Assembly: GCA_963754315.1 (NCBI GenBank)
Contig: CAVWFS010000018.1
Coordinates: forward strand, 352,001 to 416,000
Direction of reading: 5' to 3'
DNA from: an uncultured Candidatus Rokubacteria bacterium
GTDB lineage: Bacteria > Methylomirabilota > Methylomirabilia > Rokubacteriales > CSP1-6
DNA length: 64,000 bases
Shown: piece by piece, positions 10,701 to 19,805 of the stretch
How positions within the stretch are numbered: the first letter of the stretch is position 1
How the letters are laid out: the number at the start of each line of letters is the position of its first letter
The notes under the pieces: generated by a model
Databases searched by the model: none
What the model saw: only the letters and a program-made list of their open reading frames with translations
What the model was told of the DNA's origin: nothing
Position numbers and translations under genes: made by a program

Positions 10701-11716
10701 GTGTCCCCCTATCCCAAATGTGGACGGTCAGCACCTACGTGCTCGGCCAGAAGCTGCGAGGGCGCAAGCGCTATCCGCTCGTGCTCATGCTCGAGCCCCT
10801 TTTCCGCTGCAATCTGGCCTGCGCCGGATGCGGCAAGATCCAGTACCCCGCCCATATCTTAAAGAAGCAGCTGACCCTCGAGCAGTGCCTGAGCGCCGTG
10901 GACGAATGCGGGACGCCGATGGTCTCCATCCCGGGCGGTGAGCCCCTGATGTATCCGCATATTGGCCGCCTAGTCGAGGAGTTGGTCAAGCGCAAGAAGT
11001 ACGTCTACCTCTGCACCAATGCCATCCTCCTCAAAGAGAAGCTGGAAGGGGGGGTGTTCACGCCGTCGAAGTACCTCAGCTTCAGCGTCCACATGGATGG
11101 GTTGCGCGAAGAGCATGACGATTCGGTCTGTCGGGAAGGTGTCTACGACGAAGCGGTGGCGGCGATCCGAGAGGCGGTTCGTCAGGGCTTCCGGGTGACC
11201 ACCAACACGACCGTGTTCGACGGCACCTCGCCCATGCGGATGCGACAGTTCTTCGGGGAAATGATGGACCTGGGGGTGGAGGGCATGATGCTCTCCCCGG
11301 GCTATAGCTACTCGAAGGCGCCCGACCAGGAGCATTTCCTGCGGCGTCAGAAGACGCGAGATCTGTTCTCCTCAATGCTCTCCCGACCCGACAAGCGCTG
11401 GAAGTTCAACCAGTCGCCCATCTTCCTGCAGTTCCTGATGGGCAAGCGCGATTTTGAATGCATGCCGTGGGGAATGCCGGCCTACAACATCTTCGGCTGG
11501 CAGCGTCCGTGCTATCTCCTCCAGGAAGGCTACGCGGCAACCTTCCAGGAACTCATGGATACCACACGCTGGGACAACTATGGTCGCGCCAGCGGCAACG
11601 AGAAGTGCCAGGACTGCATGGTGCACTGCGGCTATGAGACCACGGCCGTGGACTACACGTTCAGTTCCTGGCGCGGGCTGCGCGAGACGGTCACGGCCAC
11701 CCTCGGCTCGCCCTGA
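10697..11716 (+). CDS. hpnH: Adenosylhopane-forming radical SAM protein HpnH
   Basis: YPLVLMLEPLFRCNLACAGCGKI (CxxxCxxC) and C-terminal CQDCMVHCGYE; RBS GGAGG. Confidence 0.95.
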   Translation: MSVPLSQMWTVSTYVLGQKLRGRKRYPLVLMLEPLFRCNLACAGCGKIQYPAHILKKQLTLEQCLSAVDECGTPMVSIPGGEPLMYPHIGRLVEELVKRKKYVYLCTNAILLKEKLEGGVFTPSKYLSFSVHMDGLREEHDDSVCREGVYDEAVAAIREAVRQGFRVTTNTTVFDGTSPMRMRQFFGEMMDLGVEGMMLSPGYSYSKAPDQEHFLRRQKTRDLFSSMLSRPDKRWKFNQSPIFLQFLMGKRDFECMPWGMPAYNIFGWQRPCYLLQEGYAATFQELMDTTRWDNYGRASGNEKCQDCMVHCGYETTAVDYTFSSWRGLRETVTATLGSP

Positions 11717-12096
11717 TGGCGACCTCGGAGGGACCGTCGCGCGGTGGCAGTCTCGAGGGCTGGCTGGCCGAGGTCACTGACGCCAGTGGCCTCGTCGAGA
11801 TCGTCGAGAAGGCGTTCGATTACCGGGGTGACGTGACGGTGGTGACTCGGGATGGAGGTCGCCAAGTCGGCTATCTCTTCAACCGTAACCGCGATGTATC
11901 CCACCCGTTCGTGCAGATGCTCCCGACCGCTGGTGGTCCCGTCGAGTCCATTCTCTACGCCGACATCCTTAGCATCACGTTCACGGGCAAGGACACCGCG
12001 AGCGGCAAGTCGTACGCGGCTTGGCGTAAGCGCAAGGAGGCCGAGCGCACCGGGGGGATCCTGCCACCGGATCCACCGTCCGCCACCGACGGGTGA
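11716..12096 (+). CDS. Hypothetical protein of the hopanoid operon (possible small LSm-like beta fold)
   Basis: Coupled to hpnH (TGATG) and hpnG (GTGA); core EKAFDYRGDVTV...VGYLFNR...ITFTGKDTASGKS. Confidence 0.7.
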   Translation: MATSEGPSRGGSLEGWLAEVTDASGLVEIVEKAFDYRGDVTVVTRDGGRQVGYLFNRNRDVSHPFVQMLPTAGGPVESILYADILSITFTGKDTASGKSYAAWRKRKEAERTGGILPPDPPSATDG

Positions 12097-12770
12097 GTCG
12101 GATTCTCGTTGTCACTGCCGTTGCCGTGGAGGCGCGCGGACTGGCCCGCCATCTCGGTCTGGGGCATTCTGTTTCCGGCCGCGCGCGCCGCTATGGTGGC
12201 CCCGGCGTCGACCTCGTCTGCGGGGGCCCGCGGGCGCGGGGTCTGAACGAGCTCACCCCTCTGGCCCGCGGCGCCGCGCTCGTCGTGTCCGCCGGCACCT
12301 GTGGAGCGCTGGCTCCCCACCTCGACGAGGGAGACTTGGTGGTACCGCAGGTGGTGCTGAGTCCGGTCGGGCGGCGGCACCTCGTGCCGACAAGCGGCCG
12401 GCTTGCCCCGACGGGGACCTTGCTCACCGTGAACGCCGTGGTGGAGACACGAGAAGAGAAGGTGCGGCTCTGGCGCCAGACGGCGGCCCTGGCCGTGGAC
12501 ATGGAGTCTTCGATGATCATCGAGTGGGCTGCGACCCTCGGGATTCCCGCGGCGGTCGTTCGGGGTGTAGCAGACACGGCGGTAAGGGGAGTCCCCGCCC
12601 TCTTCGCCGAGGCACTCGACGAGCACGGCCGCGTCCGGATGGGGCACGCCTCGCGGATGCTTCTCGTCCGGCCCCGGGTGCTCGCGGAGGCCCTCGTGCT
12701 ACGCCGGGGGACGGCGGCTGCCCTCAGGAGCGTGGCGACGGCTCTGCGCGTCCTCACGCCGTCAGGGTGA
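12093..12770 (+). CDS. hpnG: Hopanoid-associated nucleoside phosphorylase (HpnG-like)
   Basis: PNP/MTA-nucleosidase motifs VVSAGTCGAL..L..GDLVV, AVDMES and VVRGVAD; downstream of hpnH. Confidence 0.75.
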   Translation: MSRILVVTAVAVEARGLARHLGLGHSVSGRARRYGGPGVDLVCGGPRARGLNELTPLARGAALVVSAGTCGALAPHLDEGDLVVPQVVLSPVGRRHLVPTSGRLAPTGTLLTVNAVVETREEKVRLWRQTAALAVDMESSMIIEWAATLGIPAAVVRGVADTAVRGVPALFAEALDEHGRVRMGHASRMLLVRPRVLAEALVLRRGTAAALRSVATALRVLTPSG

Positions 12771-12771
12771 T

Positions 12772-14667
12772 ATGGACGCGCTTGTCACCGGTGCCACCGG
12801 CTTCGTGGGCGCCAATCTCGTGCGCGAGTTGCTCGGGGCGGGGATGACCGTGCGCGCCCTCGCTCGCCGTGGCAGCGATCGGCGAGCGCTGGCGGGCTTG
12901 CCCGTTGAGATCGAGGAAGGCGACTTGCTCGACCGCGCCTCGCTGCGCCGGGCCGTGGCTGGTGTGCGCCATCTCTATCATGTGGCCGCCGACTACCGCC
13001 TGTGGGCGCGTCATCCCGAGGAGATCTATCGGTCCAACGTGGACGGAACCCGCGCGATTCTCGAGGAGGCCGTGCAGGCCGGGACCCAGCGCATCGTCTA
13101 CACCTCCACCGTGGGCGCGCTGGGGCTCCCGAAGGATGGCTCGCCGGGCACGGAGGACACCCCGGTACGGCTCGAGGACATGGTGGGGCCGTACAAGCGC
13201 TCGAAGTTCTTAGCCGAGCAAGTTGCCCTAGAGCTTGCCAGCCGCGGCGCGCCCTTGGTGGTGGTCAATCCCTCCGCTCCGGTGGGACCGTGGGACATCA
13301 AGCCCACGCCGACTGGCCAGATGGTGGTCGACTTCATGCGCGGCAAGATGTTCGCCACCATGGATACCGGGCTCAACCTCGTGCACGTGCGGGATGTTGC
13401 CCGGGGCCATCTGCTGGCCGCTGAGCGCGGGAGGATCGGCGAGAAATACGTTCTCGGTCACCAGAACGTCTCGCTGCACACCATCGGCTCACTGCTGGCG
13501 GAGGTCACCGGCGTGCCGCCTCCACGCTGGCGCGTGCCATACGGGGTAGCGTGGGGCGGAGCGCTCTGCCTGGAGACCGTCGCGCGCCTCACCGGAGAGG
13601 CCCCGCGCGTGTCCTTGACCGCCGTGCGCATGGCGAGAAAACGCATGTATTTCAGCACGGCCAAGGCCGTGCGCGAGCTGGGACTTCCCCAGACGGACAT
13701 CGGGATCGCCCTCGGCGACGCGGTCGCGTGGTTCGCCCAGCACGGGTACGCTCCGCTCGATGCCGCGCCGGCGGCCGGCTCCCCCGGCGGCGTGAGGATG
13801 CGTCCGGCCGACCTCGTGGCCCGTATCACCCGCCGCAGCCGTTCGAACTTCTTCTATGGTTTCCTGGCCCTCCCCCGGCCCCGCCGGGACGCGCTCTACG
13901 CGGTGTACGCGTTCTGCCGCACGGTGGACGACATCGCGGATCTTGGCCAGGAGCGCGGAGACGATCCGGTCGTCCTGCGCGAGGCACTCGGACGATGGCG
14001 TCACGAGGTGTCGCGCTGCTTCACCGCGACGGGAGAGCTCGACGATCCCATCGCCCGGCGGCTGCAGGCCGCGGTGCGCGCCTATCCGATTCCCCGCGCG
14101 GCTCTGGAAGCGATCATCGATGGGGTGGAAAGCGACCTCGAGCGACCCACATACCAGACCGCCGAGGATCTCTATCCGTATTGCTATCGCGTGGCCTCGG
14201 CGGTGGGGTTGTGCGCCATCGAGATCTTCGGCTACACCGATCCACGCGCACGGCAGTATGCCATCGACCTCGGGATGGCGCTCCAGCTCACCAACATCAT
14301 GCGCGACGTGGGCACGGACGTCCGGGCCGGCCGTGTCTATTTGCCCCAGGCCGATCTGCGCGCGTTCGGGGTGTCAGTCGAGGATCTGCACCAGGCGCGC
14401 TACGACGATGCCGTCGTTCGCCTCATGGAGCATCAGGCCGAACGCGCACGCAGCTTCTTCCGCGCGGCGTGGCAGAGCTATCCGTCACGAGACGCGCGGT
14501 CGCTCGTCCCTGCCGAGATCATGGGTCGGATCTACTTTGCCCTGCTCGAAGAGATCGAAGCGCGCCGTTTCCGCGTCTTCCACGAGCGGATCACCCTGTC
14601 CACCTCGCGCAAGGTGGCCGTCGCCGTCGGATGCTGGCTACGCGCCCGCATGCCGCGCGCCGCCTGA
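12772..14667 (+). CDS. HpnA NAD-dependent epimerase/dehydratase in frame with HpnD presqualene-diphosphate synthase (fusion, or two genes joined by an indel)
   Basis: N-terminal part has LVTGATGFVG, HVAADYRLW, YKRSK and PTPTG. The part from about 13792 has SNFFYGF, YAFCRTVDDIAD, YCYRVASAVG and LQLTNIMRDV. Confidence 0.85.
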   Translation: MDALVTGATGFVGANLVRELLGAGMTVRALARRGSDRRALAGLPVEIEEGDLLDRASLRRAVAGVRHLYHVAADYRLWARHPEEIYRSNVDGTRAILEEAVQAGTQRIVYTSTVGALGLPKDGSPGTEDTPVRLEDMVGPYKRSKFLAEQVALELASRGAPLVVVNPSAPVGPWDIKPTPTGQMVVDFMRGKMFATMDTGLNLVHVRDVARGHLLAAERGRIGEKYVLGHQNVSLHTIGSLLAEVTGVPPPRWRVPYGVAWGGALCLETVARLTGEAPRVSLTAVRMARKRMYFSTAKAVRELGLPQTDIGIALGDAVAWFAQHGYAPLDAAPAAGSPGGVRMRPADLVARITRRSRSNFFYGFLALPRPRRDALYAVYAFCRTVDDIADLGQERGDDPVVLREALGRWRHEVSRCFTATGELDDPIARRLQAAVRAYPIPRAALEAIIDGVESDLERPTYQTAEDLYPYCYRVASAVGLCAIEIFGYTDPRARQYAIDLGMALQLTNIMRDVGTDVRAGRVYLPQADLRAFGVSVEDLHQARYDDAVVRLMEHQAERARSFFRAAWQSYPSRDARSLVPAEIMGRIYFALLEEIEARRFRVFHERITLSTSRKVAVAVGCWLRARMPRAA

Positions 14668-14687
14668 CGCATGGCGCTGACCCACTC

Positions 14688-15695
14688 ATGAGGGCGGCGG
14701 TGTTGCGCGGGGCAGGTAGGCTGGCCGCCGAGGACTGGCCGTGCCCCTCCGTTGGCGAGGGTGAGCTGTTGCTGAGACTTCGGGGCTGCGGCCTCTGCGG
14801 CTCCGACATCGCGAAGATCGTCGCACCGCGCACGGCAGCCCCTCAGGTTCTCGGGCACGAGGTGGTCGGAGAAGTGGTCGCGGCCGGGGCCGGCGCACCC
14901 TTTGCGCTCGGGGAGCGCGTGGTGGCCGCCCACCACGTGCCGTGCGCGGACTGTCACTACTGCCGGCGCGGCAGCCCATCGATGTGTCGCCGCTTCAAGG
15001 AGAGCAACCTCGACCCCGGGGGGTTCGCCGAGTATGTGCGGGTGCCATTCGCCAATGTGCAGCACGCTACCTTCCGGATTCCCGGGCACGTGAGCGACGA
15101 GCAAGCGTCGTTCGTGGAACCCCTGGCATGTTGCCTGCGCGCCGTCAAGCGTGCGCGCGTTGAGGTCGGGGACACGGTGGTGGTGGTTGGCCTGGGCTCG
15201 ATTGGGTGTTTGTTCGTCCAGCTGTTCAAGCGTGTGGGGGCGATCGTGGCCGGCGCCGATCTTCTGCCGGCACGAGCCGGCCTCGCCCTCAGCCTGGGGG
15301 CCGATGCGGCAGGAAGTGCGGCGGCGGCGGCCGCGGCCGCCCGTGAGGCCAGCGCCGGGCGCGGGGCGGACCATGTCATCGTCACCGGTGGTGGTCCGGC
15401 GGTCTTGCCGTGGGCGGCCGACACCGTCCGGGATGGCGGAGTGATTCACGTCTTTGCAGGGGGGGAGGGCGAGAACCTGCCCCTGACCCTCCATGCTCTG
15501 TACGCGCGCGAGCTGACATTGATGACGACCTATTCATCGTCACCCGTCGAGCTGAGCGAAGCCTTCGATCTGATCGTTCACGACAAGGTCCGCACGGCAG
15601 AGTTGGTGAGCCATCGACTGCCCCTCGCCCGGCTCGCGGACGCGGTGGCTCTCGTGCAGAGCCACGAAGCCCTCAAGGTCTACCTCACGCCATGA
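14688..15695 (+). CDS. Zn-dependent medium-chain (sorbitol/threonine dehydrogenase-like) alcohol dehydrogenase
   Basis: CGLCGSD, LGHE, structural-Zn CADCHYC...C, and GLGSIG NAD-binding motif. Confidence 0.88.
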   Translation: MRAAVLRGAGRLAAEDWPCPSVGEGELLLRLRGCGLCGSDIAKIVAPRTAAPQVLGHEVVGEVVAAGAGAPFALGERVVAAHHVPCADCHYCRRGSPSMCRRFKESNLDPGGFAEYVRVPFANVQHATFRIPGHVSDEQASFVEPLACCLRAVKRARVEVGDTVVVVGLGSIGCLFVQLFKRVGAIVAGADLLPARAGLALSLGADAAGSAAAAAAAAREASAGRGADHVIVTGGGPAVLPWAADTVRDGGVIHVFAGGEGENLPLTLHALYARELTLMTTYSSSPVELSEAFDLIVHDKVRTAELVSHRLPLARLADAVALVQSHEALKVYLTP

Positions 15696-16717
15696 GAGCC
15701 ATGGTTTTCCACGGCCCCGGCGACCTTCGGTATGAGGAGGTGCCCCGTCCCGACCCATCTGAGGGGGAGCTCGTGATGAAGGTCGAAGCGGCGCTCACGT
15801 GCGGGACCGATGTGAAGACGCTCCGGCGAGGTCACCCTGTCATGATTCCCCGCGTGCCGACCGTGTTTGGCCACGAGTTTGCCGGGACCGTGAGCGCTGT
15901 GGGCGCGGGCGTGCGGCGATTCAAGGAAGGGGACCGCGTCGTCGCGGCCAACTCGGCGCCCTGCGGACGCTGCCGCCTGTGCCTCGCTGGGCGGCCCAAC
16001 CTCTGCGAGGAGTTGCTGTTTGTCAATGGCGCGTACGGCGAGTTCATCGCGCTTCCTGCCCGACTCGTCGACACCAACACCGTAGCCCTCGTGAACGGCA
16101 CCCCGGCTGCGCGAGCTGCCTTCGCGGAGCCGCTAGCCTGCGCGCTGCTGGCACTCGAGCGTGCCCGGGTTGAAGCCGGGCAGACCGTGGCCGTCTTTGG
16201 CCACGGACCACTCGGCTGTCTGTTGGCTTTGGTGGCGCGCGCCTGCCAGGCGCGCGTGCTGCTGATCGGCCGCGGTGGCTGGAGATTCGAGCGGGTCCGT
16301 AGCCTCGGCCTCGGCGAATGTCTGGACGCTTCGATCACGGCCGATGTGGTGGAGGGCATCCGCGCCTACACCGACGGGCGGGGCGCTGAGCTGACTGTCG
16401 ACGCGACCGGTCAGCCTGAGGTATGGGAGCGAGCGGTGGCGGCCGCCGCGCGCGGAGGTACGGTGCTGTTCTTCGGCGGCTGCGTTCCGGGGTCGGAGAT
16501 CCGGCTCGACACGCGCCGTGTCCATTACGAAGAGCTCACCCTTCTCGGCGCCTTCCACCACACCCCCGAGGCGATTCGCCGAGCGGTGGCCCTGCTGGAG
16601 TCAGGCACGTTTGTCCCGGACGGGTTGATCACCCACCGCATGGGCCTCGAGGGGGTCAGGGAGGCGCTCGATCTCATGGCGAGGAGTGCGGCACTCAAAG
16701 TGCTGATCGAACCCTGA
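15692..16717 (+). CDS. Second Zn-dependent medium-chain alcohol dehydrogenase
   Basis: TCGTD, FGHEFAG, CGRCRLC...C and GHGPLG motifs; ATGA overlap with the previous gene. Confidence 0.88.
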   Translation: MRAMVFHGPGDLRYEEVPRPDPSEGELVMKVEAALTCGTDVKTLRRGHPVMIPRVPTVFGHEFAGTVSAVGAGVRRFKEGDRVVAANSAPCGRCRLCLAGRPNLCEELLFVNGAYGEFIALPARLVDTNTVALVNGTPAARAAFAEPLACALLALERARVEAGQTVAVFGHGPLGCLLALVARACQARVLLIGRGGWRFERVRSLGLGECLDASITADVVEGIRAYTDGRGAELTVDATGQPEVWERAVAAAARGGTVLFFGGCVPGSEIRLDTRRVHYEELTLLGAFHHTPEAIRRAVALLESGTFVPDGLITHRMGLEGVREALDLMARSAALKVLIEP

Positions 16718-16766
16718 TGTGGTCAGAGGGTTGGGGCCGTGGTCGTCATCGAGTAGAATCGGGAGC

Positions 16767-17774
16767 ATGAGCACCCCTGCGATCGCGCTGCCCCTCGCCG
16801 AGATTGTCTTGGCTGGTCCCCGCGGCTTCTGTGCGGGCGTCGAGCGGGCGATCGACATCGTGGAGCTCGCGCTGTCGGTGTGCCCCCCTCCGGTCTACGT
16901 GCGTAAGGAGATCGTGCATAACCGCCACGTGGTGGAAGACCTGAGGACGAAGGGCGCCGTCTTCGTCGATGAGCTCGACGAGGTGCCGGACGACGCGACG
17001 GTTATCTTCAGCGCCCACGGAATCTCGCCCGAAGTGCGTCGTGATGCCCGGCAACGGAGACTGCGCGTCATCGACGCCACCTGTCCCCTGGTGACGAAAG
17101 TGCACCTGGAGGCCATCCGTTACGCCCGGGAGGGTTACACCATCATCTTGATCGGCCATGCCGACCACGACGAGGTCATCGGGACCTTGGGCGAAGCGCC
17201 CAACCGCATGGTGGTCATCGCATCCGCGGAAGCGGTCGACTCCCTGGACGTCCCCAACCCCGACAAGGTCTCCTACCTCACCCAGACCACCCTGTCGGTG
17301 GACGACACGCGTGACGTCATCGAGGCCCTACGCCGAAAGTTTCCCAAGATCGTGGGCCCGTCGCGTGACGACATCTGCTACGCGACCCAGAACCGGCAAG
17401 CGGCCGTCAAGAACATCGCTGGGGACGTCGACGTGGTCCTGGTGATCGGCGCCGCCAACAGCTCCAATGCGAACCGACTGGTGGAAGTGGCGGAGACGGT
17501 GGGAACCCGCGCGTACCTCATCAACGACGTGCGCGATATCCGGACCGAGTGGCTCCAGGGGGCGCAGCGCATCGGAGTGACCGCGGGCGCCTCAACCCCG
17601 GAAGTCCTGGTGACGGAAGTGGTGGAGGCGCTCCATCGCCACGGGGCCAACGTGCGCGAGGTGCGCGTGGTGGAGGAGGACGTGCGCTTTGCCATACCCC
17701 CGGAGCTGGACCAGGTCGCCCGCGAGCGGGGTTTGACCCTGCCGTCCCGAGCCACCGCGCGCCAGTCGCTGTAG
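16767..17774 (+). CDS. ispH: 4-hydroxy-3-methylbut-2-enyl diphosphate reductase
   Basis: PRGFCAGVERAI, DATCPLVTKVH, DICYATQNRQ and SSN motifs; TAGAAT 7 nt upstream of the ATG. Confidence 0.96.
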   Translation: MSTPAIALPLAEIVLAGPRGFCAGVERAIDIVELALSVCPPPVYVRKEIVHNRHVVEDLRTKGAVFVDELDEVPDDATVIFSAHGISPEVRRDARQRRLRVIDATCPLVTKVHLEAIRYAREGYTIILIGHADHDEVIGTLGEAPNRMVVIASAEAVDSLDVPNPDKVSYLTQTTLSVDDTRDVIEALRRKFPKIVGPSRDDICYATQNRQAAVKNIAGDVDVVLVIGAANSSNANRLVEVAETVGTRAYLINDVRDIRTEWLQGAQRIGVTAGASTPEVLVTEVVEALHRHGANVREVRVVEEDVRFAIPPELDQVARERGLTLPSRATARQSL

Positions 17775-17809
17775 TCGGCGCCTCCGCCGACCTCGCCGAG
17801 GAGCAAGCC

Positions 17810-19042
17810 ATGAGCTTCGTGTCCCATGTCGAATGCTCGGTGTGCAGCCGCCGTCATGATGCGAAGCGAACGCTGGCGGTGTGTGAGTCGTGCGGTCAGC
17901 TGCTGGCCGTCCGCTACGATCTGCCACGCGTGGCGGCGGCTGTGTCGCGGGACACGCTCCGGAGGCGCCCCTCCGGCATGTATCGTTTCCGCGAGTTGAC
18001 CCCACTTGATGAGGGCGAAGAGCCGGTAACACTCGGTGAGGGCGGCACCCCGCTCCTGCCGCTGCCGCGTCTGGCCGCGCATCTCGGGGTGCGGCACCTC
18101 TGGGGAAAGGATGAGGGACAGAATCCGACCGGCTCGTTCAAGGCACGCGGGCTCGGCATGGCCATCACACGAGCGCGTACCCTGGGCGCGCGGGGCTTCA
18201 TCATTCCGTCGGCGGGTAACGCAGGTGGCGCGGCGGCCGTGTACGGCGCACGCGCCGGGCTCCCCGTTGCCGTCATCGTCCCGCGCGGAACTCCCCCGGC
18301 CGCGGTGGCCGAAGCGCTCATCGCCGGCGCCCACGTGTTCACCATCGAGGGCTCGATCGCAACGGCTGGCAAGGTCGTGAGTCGGGTGGCGTCCGAGATC
18401 GGCTGGTTCGATCTGTCCACGTTGAAGGAGCCCTATCGCCTGGAGGGCAAGAAAACCATGGGCCTCGAGCTGGCCGAACAGCTCGACTGGTCGATGCCCG
18501 ACGTGCTTCTCTACCCGACGGGCGGGGGTACGGGGTTGGTAGGCATCCCGAAAGGGTATGACGAGCTCCGGACGCTGGGCTGGATCAGGGGAGTCCTGCC
18601 ACGCTTCTACGCAGTGCAGGCAGAGGGTTGTGCGCCCGTCGTGAAAGCCTTCCTGGACGGCACAGAGACCACCACGGCCTGGGAGAACCCTCTCACGCAC
18701 GCGGCGGGGCTGCGGGTTCCTTCACCGTTTGCCGGGCGGCAGATGCTCCGGGTACTCCGCGATTCCGGGGGCGGAGCGGTCGCCGTCACCGAGCGGGCCA
18801 TCGCGGACTCTCAGCGACTTCTGGCACGGCTGGAGGGTATCTGGACAGCGCCGGAAGGGGCGGCCCTAGTGGCGGCGCTCGGTCAGCTCAAGGACCGCGG
18901 CGAGATCACGGCCGAGGCCAGGATCGTGCTCGTCCTGACCGGGACGGGGATCAAGTACGATCCCCCCGCGCTTCCCCTGCCGATCGATCTCAGGGGCTCT
19001 GACGATGACATCGCGGCCCAGGTGAAGCGCGCCGTGATGTAG
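17810..19042 (+). CDS. thrC: Threonine synthase (PLP, N-terminal Zn ribbon)
   Basis: CxxC...CxxC, LGEGGTPL, NPTGSFKARG, SAGNAG, EGKKTMG and PTGGG motifs. Confidence 0.88.
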   Translation: MSFVSHVECSVCSRRHDAKRTLAVCESCGQLLAVRYDLPRVAAAVSRDTLRRRPSGMYRFRELTPLDEGEEPVTLGEGGTPLLPLPRLAAHLGVRHLWGKDEGQNPTGSFKARGLGMAITRARTLGARGFIIPSAGNAGGAAAVYGARAGLPVAVIVPRGTPPAAVAEALIAGAHVFTIEGSIATAGKVVSRVASEIGWFDLSTLKEPYRLEGKKTMGLELAEQLDWSMPDVLLYPTGGGTGLVGIPKGYDELRTLGWIRGVLPRFYAVQAEGCAPVVKAFLDGTETTTAWENPLTHAAGLRVPSPFAGRQMLRVLRDSGGGAVAVTERAIADSQRLLARLEGIWTAPEGAALVAALGQLKDRGEITAEARIVLVLTGTGIKYDPPALPLPIDLRGSDDDIAAQVKRAVM

Positions 19043-19072
19043 CCAGAAGCAGGGCACCGGAGCGCGCCTGCT

Positions 19073-19630
19073 TCAAACTGGCCGGTTTGCCGTGATATCC
19101 CACCCCGTCGCGACCGGGGGCCCGCTGGCAGCACCGTCCTGGCCGAGAGGCTGATACGTCCACCTGATGAGCTCGTAGGCGAGGGCGACCTCATCCAGCA
19201 GGGCAGCATGATCATCCCCGGTGTCCATCGCGGCAAACGAGAGAGGATAGTGGGCGCCCGCGCCGGCGATCTGAACTACCTCCGTGATCAGAACCGTCCC
19301 CAGGACAACCGTGTACAGTGCCGGACGGGCGGGTGGCAGCCGACGAAACGAAAAAGTTGCCGACTCGAACCGGCGGCCGGATGCACAGGCGTGCAGGAGC
19401 TCCGGTGAAGCCCGATCGAGAGCCTTGCGGAAGCGGACATCGGGGAACTCAGGCCGGCCGGCAGCCATGCCGCCGCCACCCATACGGATGATCGTCTGCT
19501 TCACCTTCTGCTCGTAGGAGAGCACCTCGATCTGCCGAGGGAACTGCGTGTCGCCGCTCTCGCCCTGGACTCCTTGCAGGTCGAGGAAGATGTGGAGGGT
19601 CGGGGACGCGGAGAGGGGGGGCACTGTCAC
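19073..19630 (-). CDS. hcp: Hcp1-family type VI secretion tube protein (orphan)
   Basis: IFLDLQGVQGESGD..F..QIEVLSY, FRKALDRASPELLHACASG, and C-terminal GWDITAN. Confidence 0.85.
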   Translation of the reverse strand: MTVPPLSASPTLHIFLDLQGVQGESGDTQFPRQIEVLSYEQKVKQTIIRMGGGGMAAGRPEFPDVRFRKALDRASPELLHACASGRRFESATFSFRRLPPARPALYTVVLGTVLITEVVQIAGAGAHYPLSFAAMDTGDDHAALLDEVALAYELIRWTYQPLGQDGAASGPPVATGWDITANRPV

Positions 19631-19805
19631 CCTCAGTCCTGCCCGTTGCCGTAACCCTGCCCGGTCGATCCGCCTCCCGTCGTCACAGCCGAATCATAGG
19701 CTGGCGGCGTGGGCGCGGCAAGAAGGGCGCTCTCCCTCAGCCTCCTCCGCGCCGTAGCGCTGTGGTAGCATTTCGGCTACCGCATCGTCCCCGGGAGGCC
19801 GGTCA

